From positions 158,773-168,799 of IMG/VR virus record IMGVR_UViG_3300042349_000541: a stretch of DNA of 10,027 nt; one strand, given 5' to 3'. Within the stretch, counting starts at the first letter, position 1. Each line of letters starts with the position of its first letter. Of the stretch, positions 1 through 6,582 are shown one piece after another. Under the pieces are notes generated by a model, which saw nothing but the letters and a program-made list of their open reading frames with translations, was not told the origin of the DNA and ran no database searches. The position numbers and the translations under genes are program-made. Source of the DNA: a virus. Its lineage: Duplodnaviria > Heunggongvirae > Uroviricota > Caudoviricetes.

Positions 1-300
1 GAGTTTTATAGCTTACTTAAAAAACATGGAGACGTTGTTATTTCCACATCGCCAAGTTCCCACCCTTTATGCACTCAGGAAAAAATTGCTTTTTGTCAAG
101 ACAAACTAGGTATTAAAAGAAGAGATATAATGGTTGGAGGAAGAAAAGAATTACTTGCAGGTAAAGGTAGAATACTAATAGATGATTACACTGAAAATAT
201 CAATATTTTCAATAGATATGGCGGAAACGGAATTTTGTTTAAACAGCCTTGGAATAACGGAATAGATCGCCAAGAAATAATTGAAATTATTAACTTATAA
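1..300 (+). CDS. 5'-truncated HAD-superfamily 5'(3')-deoxyribonucleotidase (NT5C-like), C-terminal 99 aa
   Basis: Frame +1 is open from base 1 to TAA at 298-300: EFYSLLKKHGDVVISTSPSSHPLCTQEKIAFCQDKLGIKRRDIMVGGRKELLAGKGRILIDDYTENINIFNRYGGNGILFKQPWNNGIDRQEIIEIINL*. It shows HAD motif II-like ISTSP, motif III Lys (QEK), motif IV LIDD and the C-terminal GILFxxPWN typical of NT5C/phage deoxyribonucleotidases. The start lies upstream of the window, so it is absent from the ORF track. Confidence 0.75.
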   Translation, partial: EFYSLLKKHGDVVISTSPSSHPLCTQEKIAFCQDKLGIKRRDIMVGGRKELLAGKGRILIDDYTENINIFNRYGGNGILFKQPWNNGIDRQEIIEIINL

Positions 301-308
301 ATATTAAC

Positions 309-312
309 GGAG
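309..312 (+). promoter_or_regulatory. Possible Shine-Dalgarno site (GGAG) for the CDS at 319
   Basis: GGAG lies 6 nt upstream of ATG 319, in the only intergenic gap longer than 4 nt (301-318). Confidence 0.4.
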
Positions 313-318
313 CACTTT

Positions 319-1317
319 ATGGAAATTAGTTACGCCAGATCTTCACTGCTTGGTTCTTACGCCTACTGTCAGTTAAAAACATATATTACATACAACTTAG
401 GAATTCAAGAACCTAGTCAGCTAAAAGCAAATTTGGGGACGATTACCCATAAAGCACTTGAAATATTAGCTAACTGCAAAAAACAAATACAGGATAATCC
501 TAAAAATAAAAAATTTATATTCAACGATACGGATTTTGGGGAAATTAAATATAGCTATAAAACATTAATGTCGGAAGAATTTGTTAAAACTATATTAAAT
601 TTATCCTATGAATATTATACTAAAAACACTCCGCATTTAAACTATATTCGTAATGAGCATTATCCTTTTTGCGAAAAAATGGTGGACGCTTGCTTAAATA
701 TAAACAGTGGTCAATTTGATCCTAGAAAAATGAATATATTGCAAGCAGAATGCCCATTCGATTTAGAAGTAAAACAGCCTTGGGCTAACGGCTTAAGGCT
801 GAAAGGCACAATGGATTTATTGACACTCGGAGATTCTGACACTATAGAGTATGTAGATTATAAGACAGGGGCAAGAAAAGATTGGGCCACTGGCGAGATT
901 AAAGACCTGCCTAAACTGCAAAAAGATATACAACTATTGCTGTATTATTACGCAATAAGACAAATATTTCCGCAATACAAGAATGTAATTATGACAATAT
1001 TCTTTCTGCGTGATGGCGGACCTTTCACCGTCTTGTACGATAGTAAGGACGAAGAATACTTCATGAATGAACTAAAAAGACTTTATATAGAAATAAAAAA
1101 TAACAAAAATCCTAAACCGATCAATAGATGGAGAAGCGATTTTAGATGTCAAAAACTTTGCCATTATTACAAAACAAATTGGCCGGAAACTAAAACTAAC
1201 ATTTGTCAATATGTAGAAGATAACATAAAATTGTACGGAATAGAAGAAACAACACAAAATTTAAAGAAAAAGGGGTTTGAAACAAGTTTTTATCAATCTC
1301 CGGGATCAGTAAAATAA
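319..1317 (+). CDS. PD-(D/E)XK nuclease, RecB/AddB/Cas4-like exonuclease (332 aa)
   Basis: N-terminal SSLLGSYAYCQ (S.S....y..C pattern), G(T)xxH (GTITH), AECPF, catalytic KGTMDLL and EYVDYKTG, motif IV QLLLY, and a C-terminal Cys cluster CQKLC...IC. Confidence 0.85.
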   Translation: MEISYARSSLLGSYAYCQLKTYITYNLGIQEPSQLKANLGTITHKALEILANCKKQIQDNPKNKKFIFNDTDFGEIKYSYKTLMSEEFVKTILNLSYEYYTKNTPHLNYIRNEHYPFCEKMVDACLNINSGQFDPRKMNILQAECPFDLEVKQPWANGLRLKGTMDLLTLGDSDTIEYVDYKTGARKDWATGEIKDLPKLQKDIQLLLYYYAIRQIFPQYKNVIMTIFFLRDGGPFTVLYDSKDEEYFMNELKRLYIEIKNNKNPKPINRWRSDFRCQKLCHYYKTNWPETKTNICQYVEDNIKLYGIEETTQNLKKKGFETSFYQSPGSVK

Positions 1318-1318
1318 T

Positions 1319-1834
1319 ATGATTGAATTTAAAATTACAGACGAAATGGTTAGAAAAGCTTGGGCTAAATCTATTGATATGGGCAAGCTTAAGAATTCCA
1401 TAACCGAAGGCGATGGAAATATTGCGGGATTTATCGGAGAACAGGTTGCAAACCTTGTGATCGGTGGTACAATAGTCAATACGAAGGATTACGATCTTGT
1501 CGGGCCTGATGGAACGACTTATGATGTCAAAACGAAGCGGTGTACTTCCGAGCCTATGGCTCACTATGAATGTAGTGTTGCAGCTTATAATACAGTCCAA
1601 AAGTGTGATAAGTATATTTTTATTAGAGTTGAGTTTGTTGATAATAAATATACTAGAGCGTGGTATCTTGGCAGTATAGATAAAAATCTATATTTCAATA
1701 AGGCCCGAAAGCTATACAAGGGCCAAAAAGACGGTTCTAATTGGTTTACTGTTAAAAGTGATTGTTACAATTTGAAAATTGAGGATTTGAATGACGATAA
1801 CAATGCGGACAACTCAGAAGAGGGAAAAGTTTAG
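1319..1834 (+). CDS. Putative restriction-endonuclease-like PD-(D/E)XK protein (171 aa)
   Basis: Motif order GFIGEQVA (motif I Glu), KDYDLV (PD-like Asp), YDVKTK ((D/E)xK) fits the restriction-endonuclease fold. The call rests on motif pattern only. Confidence 0.55.
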   Translation: MIEFKITDEMVRKAWAKSIDMGKLKNSITEGDGNIAGFIGEQVANLVIGGTIVNTKDYDLVGPDGTTYDVKTKRCTSEPMAHYECSVAAYNTVQKCDKYIFIRVEFVDNKYTRAWYLGSIDKNLYFNKARKLYKGQKDGSNWFTVKSDCYNLKIEDLNDDNNADNSEEGKV

Positions 1835-2168
1835 TTATTTTTTAAGTATTATTAAGTCAGCCGGTCTTATGTATAAATATGGCGGCATATCTCAACTATT
1901 TGACAAACTTGACTCTATAGATACCATTGGTATATTATACGTTGACGGGCTTGCTTGTTCTTGTGCTATAACAACTAAGAGTAATGCAATATTTGATATG
2001 TATAATATTGCTGCATATACAAGTATGCCGTTCAGACGTAAGGGTTATAGTAAAATGCTTTTGAAAAAAGTGCTATCTAGAGACAAGCGAAAGTTTAAAA
2101 ATAAACTATACAAATCTTCCGACTATAAATTTTACTCTAGAATAATTACAAAGAATTTGGTGTTTTAA
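1791..2168 (+). CDS. Putative minimal GNAT-family acetyltransferase (125 aa; alternative start ATG 1803)
   Basis: Beta-strand-like IGILYVDG / LACSCAIT / YNIAAYT followed by an acetyl-CoA-binding motif A-like PFRRKGYSKMLL. It fills the gap between its neighbours exactly (stop 2168, next ATG 2170) and overlaps the upstream CDS by 44 nt, so the start is uncertain. Confidence 0.55.
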   Translation: MTITMRTTQKREKFSYFLSIIKSAGLMYKYGGISQLFDKLDSIDTIGILYVDGLACSCAITTKSNAIFDMYNIAAYTSMPFRRKGYSKMLLKKVLSRDKRKFKNKLYKSSDYKFYSRIITKNLVF

Positions 2169-2169
2169 T

Positions 2170-2862
2170 ATGAATAAGAATCATTTTTGTGTTTTCGATT
2201 TTGAAACGGGCGGCGGCGAAAATCCGTCCAAGTGCCAGATAACTCAATTATCGGCAATTATAATTAATCCTAGAAGTTTAAGGGCAGAACCCGGAGGAAT
2301 ATTTGATTCCGAGGTTCAGCCCATATTTGATAACGATAAAGCTATTGCGGCGGACCTAAACCCTGTTCAGCAAGAAGCTTTAGATGTTACACGTAAGACT
2401 AAAGAAAAACTTATGGAGGCCCCGCCGGAAAAAATCGTATGGGAAAAATTCAAGCAGTTTATCAAACGATTTAATATAAAAAATAGCGTATACACCGCAC
2501 CTATTCCCGTGGGATATAATATAATAAATTATGACATGCCCATTATTAATAGGTTGTGCCTGCAATACGGGCCTGCATCTAAAGATAAACAATCGATATT
2601 TAATCAATTATACAAAGTCGATTTGCTTGATTATTTTATGATGATGACTGAAAATTCGGTCAATATAACTTCCCGCAAGCTTGTTGATATGATGGATTTT
2701 ATGGGAATGCCCTCTCATATGAAAGCTAACGCACACGATGGATTGCACGATGTAAAATGCACCGCTAATATTTTTATTAAGCTAATGCATTACCAGCGTG
2801 CTATTACTTTAAAAACAGATTATTCCAAGGCTTTTGCCGACAGCCCTTTATTTATAGAATAA
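2170..2862 (+). CDS. DEDDh 3'-5' exonuclease, DnaQ/Pol III epsilon-like (230 aa)
   Basis: ExoI VFDFETG (D10, E12), ExoII GYNIINYD (D122) and ExoIII AHDGLHD (H189, D194) are all intact. It lies directly upstream of dnaE. Confidence 0.9.
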   Translation: MNKNHFCVFDFETGGGENPSKCQITQLSAIIINPRSLRAEPGGIFDSEVQPIFDNDKAIAADLNPVQQEALDVTRKTKEKLMEAPPEKIVWEKFKQFIKRFNIKNSVYTAPIPVGYNIINYDMPIINRLCLQYGPASKDKQSIFNQLYKVDLLDYFMMMTENSVNITSRKLVDMMDFMGMPSHMKANAHDGLHDVKCTANIFIKLMHYQRAITLKTDYSKAFADSPLFIE

Positions 2863-2866
2863 AAAA

Positions 2867-5800
2867 ATGACAGAATTTGTTCCTTGGGTTCCTCTACATC
2901 AACACTCAAATCTTAGCCTGCTAGACGGTTTCTCCGTTCCTAAGGATATTGCGAAGACATGTGCGAGTTATGGTTATCGGGCCGCAGCTATTACTGACCA
3001 CAGAAACGTAGCCGCCCACGTAAAATTCTTTAAGGCTTGTAAAGATGCCGGTATTAAACCGATTTTAGGCTGCGAATTTGATATATCAGATGATTTGTCC
3101 ACTGTTAGAACTGCGGCAAATCGCTCTACTAATCACTTAGTAGTTCTGTGTAAAAATTTGGCCGGGTGGTATGAAATGCTTCGGGCCGTATCAAAAACAA
3201 ACGATCCTAATTCTTTTTATTACAAGGCCCGCATATCTTTAGAAGAATGCAAAGAGTTTCTATCTAGCGGAAACCATGTAGCTATCAGCGGCCATGCCGG
3301 AAGTACAATTTGTGATATACTTTTTACTTCCACATCTGTTTACAGAAGCAAGAGTGAAGAACAAGCCCGGACATTTTTACGCGAAGACTGGGAAACAGTT
3401 CTGGAGCAACATATACAAAAGCATATTGATGTATTCGGCAAAGAGAATTTTTTTCTTGAGATTCAACTAATCGATAAAGAACATTTACCCATGACTTCCG
3501 TAACGGCTGAATGTCTAAGGTATATGTCTCAAAAATTAAACATTAAAACAGTGGCGACCGCAGATAGTCATTACGTTCGTAAGAGCGATGCTATTTACCA
3601 AAGAATTTTGCTATGTTCTAACTTGGGGCGTACCCTGCCGGGAGTCATGCGAGATATCCAGAACGGAAAAGACGTTCCTCTTGGTACATTCTTCGTGTCT
3701 GATAACTATCATATTCCTACATATGCTGAAATGCAAGCATTGCACACTCAGGAAGAACTGGAGAATGCAGTTTTGATAGCGGACATGTGTGAAGAGTACG
3801 ACATTCTTTCAACTCCACAATTGCCAAAATTTGATTGTCCAAACGGTATGTCTGAAATCGAATATGTAAAACAGTTATGCCGTGAAGGATGGAAAAAACT
3901 TCCTTTTAAAAAACAAAAAGATCAAGTTTATATTGATCGTGTGAAGGAAGAACTTCAAGTTATTGAGGAAGCTAATCTGGCTGGATATTTTCTTATTGTT
4001 TGGGATATCATCAGATTTTGCAAGTCTAAAAACTGGAAAACGGGCGTGGGTAGAGGGTCAGCTTCAGGTTGTTTAATATCATATCTTATAGGCATTACAG
4101 GCATTGACCCCATTCCGTACAATCTACTATTTAGTAGGTTTTATAACTCCGGAAGAAAAGGTACTTTGCCAGATATTGATCTTGATATTCCGAGTCAACA
4201 TAGGGATGAAATCATTCAGTATATTAAGACTAAATATGGTGAAGATAAAGTTTCACAGATGGCTACATTCTCTTCCTTAATGGGTAAGTCTGCCATGAAA
4301 GAAGTCCTACGCATTGAAGATGTTGTAACTCCAGCAGAAGCGAATGAAATCACGGAACATATTCCCGATAAAGCAGAAATTGCCGATGAATTAGAAAACA
4401 TGGAAGATGCATCTATTATTAAATGGGCATTGATTCATAGAGCAAGCAAGCTGTCTCAATGGTGTACTATCGATGAAGACGATAACTTGTCCGGGTCTTT
4501 GGCGGGATCTTTTTATAGGGCCATACAAATTGAAGGCTGTTATAAATCTCAAGGCAAGCACCCAGCGGGCGTTATTATCTCTTATAGGCCGCTACAAGAG
4601 ATTTGCCCCATCGTTAGGGATAAAGACGGGGCACCCATCGCGGGCTTAGAAATGGGCGATTTGGAGGCTTTGGGGCACGTAAAATTTGATATTCTTGGTG
4701 TGTCTATCTTAGATAAGTTAATGGATATAATTCCGCATTTGCCAGAAGGGTGTAATGTTGAAAATCTAGAAGATAAAGCGACTTGGAAAACTTTCGCAGA
4801 TGGTGACGTAAAGGGTATATTTCAGCTAGAAAAACAAAAACGATGGGTTAAAAAATTAAAACCAGAAAACATTCACCATTTAGCTGCTCTAGTTTCAATT
4901 ATCCGTCCGGGATGCGTTGAATCACTGGGAGAAGATGGTGTATCTATGACTCAGCACTATATCGACAGAAAAAACGGAGAAGAAGAAGTTCCAAGTATAC
5001 ATGAGGTTGTAGATAAGACCCTTAAGGATACATATGGAGTTTTGGTATATCAAGAAACAGCGATGTTATTGTCCAGAGATGTCGCAGGATTTACTCTGGA
5101 TGAAGCCGATGAATTAAGAAAAGCTATTGGTAAAAAACGCACCGATGTTATGGCTAAAGTAAAAGATAAATTCTTCAAAGGTTCTTCCAGAGTATCAGTT
5201 ACATCAGAAGAGATTACTAAAAAAATATTTGACTGGATTGAGAAATCGCAGCGTTACAGCTTTAACGCGAGTCATGCGTACTCATATGGACACAATGCTT
5301 ATTATTCCGCGTACTGTAAAACTCATAATCCGATTAAGTTCTACGAAGTCTATCTAAATCATTCTAAAAATGGTCCCGACCGAATGGAAGAAATAAAAGA
5401 TTTAGTAAATGATGCCAGACAGCATGGAATTAATGTTGTACCGCCATCTTTGAGTAATTTATATGAAAATTTTACTGCTGTTCCGGAACAAAATTCGATT
5501 GCTTTTGGATACGGGCACGTTAAAAATGTAGGTGTAAAAGAAGCAGCTAAAATAGAAGATATAAAATCCAAACACGATGTAGAGAAATTCAATTGGATAG
5601 ATATATTATGCACTTTTAATAAAATCAATAGCCTTTCAATGAATGCACTCATCGCAGTCGGTGCTTTTAATGGTGACTATAATAAAAACAGTAGAGATAA
5701 AATGCTTTACGAATATAATACCTTTAAGGATCTTACCGATAAAGAAATATTATTTATTAAAGAAAACGTAGAAAATGACAAGGGTTTGCTGTATCATATA

Positions 5801-6286
5801 AATTTGCTTATAAATAAATATAAGCTCACAAGCAGTAGAATGGCTAAAGTTTTAGGAATGAAGTCGGCACTGGAAAATCCAATGTACGATATTAATGATT
5901 CTGCGGCTATGATATTACAAAAAGAGCGTTTTTATATGGGGCTTCCTCTTTCTTATTTAGGTAATGTATCTCCGGGAAGTTATTCTTCCGATACTACATG
6001 TCTTGATGTTGTGAGCGGAAATGCTAAGGGGACGATTAATCTTATAGTTAATATAACAAATGTTAGAGAACATAAGGTCAAAAGCGGTAAGACGGCGGGC
6101 CAAATGATGGCTTTTATTAGTGGTGAAGATAGTACAGGATGCTTGAAGTCTATTGTTGCTTTTCCTAAAGAATATGCAGAATACAGAGCTTTGTTAGTTG
6201 AAAATAACAACATTATGATTCAGGGATCGGTAGAATCTAGAAATGATGAATACTCGTTAAATGTTAGGAAAATTGTACAGGTTTAA
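2867..6286 (+). CDS. dnaE: DNA polymerase III alpha subunit (C-family DnaE), 1139 aa
   Basis: PHP domain (LHQHS, SLLDG, ITDH, GCE, HLVVL, TADSHY), GRGSASG, LLFSRF, catalytic PDIDLD (D436, D438) and KFDILG (D608), GIFQLE, GVLVYQE, LRKAIGKK, FNASHAYSY, HhH-like GHVKNVG, and a C-terminal OB fold (KSGKTAGQMMAFISGEDSTG...). Confidence 0.97.
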   Translation: MTEFVPWVPLHQHSNLSLLDGFSVPKDIAKTCASYGYRAAAITDHRNVAAHVKFFKACKDAGIKPILGCEFDISDDLSTVRTAANRSTNHLVVLCKNLAGWYEMLRAVSKTNDPNSFYYKARISLEECKEFLSSGNHVAISGHAGSTICDILFTSTSVYRSKSEEQARTFLREDWETVLEQHIQKHIDVFGKENFFLEIQLIDKEHLPMTSVTAECLRYMSQKLNIKTVATADSHYVRKSDAIYQRILLCSNLGRTLPGVMRDIQNGKDVPLGTFFVSDNYHIPTYAEMQALHTQEELENAVLIADMCEEYDILSTPQLPKFDCPNGMSEIEYVKQLCREGWKKLPFKKQKDQVYIDRVKEELQVIEEANLAGYFLIVWDIIRFCKSKNWKTGVGRGSASGCLISYLIGITGIDPIPYNLLFSRFYNSGRKGTLPDIDLDIPSQHRDEIIQYIKTKYGEDKVSQMATFSSLMGKSAMKEVLRIEDVVTPAEANEITEHIPDKAEIADELENMEDASIIKWALIHRASKLSQWCTIDEDDNLSGSLAGSFYRAIQIEGCYKSQGKHPAGVIISYRPLQEICPIVRDKDGAPIAGLEMGDLEALGHVKFDILGVSILDKLMDIIPHLPEGCNVENLEDKATWKTFADGDVKGIFQLEKQKRWVKKLKPENIHHLAALVSIIRPGCVESLGEDGVSMTQHYIDRKNGEEEVPSIHEVVDKTLKDTYGVLVYQETAMLLSRDVAGFTLDEADELRKAIGKKRTDVMAKVKDKFFKGSSRVSVTSEEITKKIFDWIEKSQRYSFNASHAYSYGHNAYYSAYCKTHNPIKFYEVYLNHSKNGPDRMEEIKDLVNDARQHGINVVPPSLSNLYENFTAVPEQNSIAFGYGHVKNVGVKEAAKIEDIKSKHDVEKFNWIDILCTFNKINSLSMNALIAVGAFNGDYNKNSRDKMLYEYNTFKDLTDKEILFIKENVENDKGLLYHINLLINKYKLTSSRMAKVLGMKSALENPMYDINDSAAMILQKERFYMGLPLSYLGNVSPGSYSSDTTCLDVVSGNAKGTINLIVNITNVREHKVKSGKTAGQMMAFISGEDSTGCLKSIVAFPKEYAEYRALLVENNNIMIQGSVESRNDEYSLNVRKIVQV

Positions 6287-6288
6287 AT

Positions 6289-6582
6289 ATGAATAATTGT
6301 TATTTTGTCGGAAGAATATTAGAAGATTTAACTCTTAATGTTGAGCATGATTGTAATGTGTGTGATTTTGTCATAGAAGTTGAAGAGAAGTGGCAAGGAA
6401 AAACTGATGGTAAAAAAAATATCATTAAAACTATGATTAACTGCACTGCTTGGGATAAAGGTGCTGACGCATTATATGCCAAACTTGTCAAGGGCGATAT
6501 GATTTTTATTGAAGGCTCCTTACGTCATGACGAAGACGGAATAGATTACATAAGAGTCAACAGTTTCAGAAAGGCATATTAA
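6289..6582 (+). CDS. ssb: Single-stranded DNA-binding protein, OB fold only (97 aa, no acidic tail)
   Basis: SSB pattern NNCYFVGRILEDL...DFVIEV...MINCTAWDKGADAL...KGDMIFIEGSLR. It follows dnaE after a 2-nt gap. Confidence 0.75.
   Translation: MNNCYFVGRILEDLTLNVEHDCNVCDFVIEVEEKWQGKTDGKKNIIKTMINCTAWDKGADALYAKLVKGDMIFIEGSLRHDEDGIDYIRVNSFRKAY

Noticed and set aside
319-1317. CRISPR-Cas locus suggested by the Cas4-like gene
   Set aside because: There is no repeat-spacer array, no non-coding space for one, and no other cas gene in the window.
820-1936. Sigma70-like matches TTGACA-17-TATAGA (820-848) and TTGACT-16-TATATT (1909-1936)
   Set aside because: Both are inside coding sequence with imperfect -10 boxes, and such matches are expected by chance in AT-rich DNA.
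2208-2218. GC-rich GGGCGGCGGCG island in AT-rich DNA
   Set aside because: It encodes the T-G-G-G loop after the ExoI motif and has no partner repeat.
2867-6286. Intein, intron or split in dnaE, which is common in phage DnaEs
   Set aside because: The ORF is continuous, of normal length and has motifs in the expected order. No intein splice-junction or LAGLIDADG motifs were seen.
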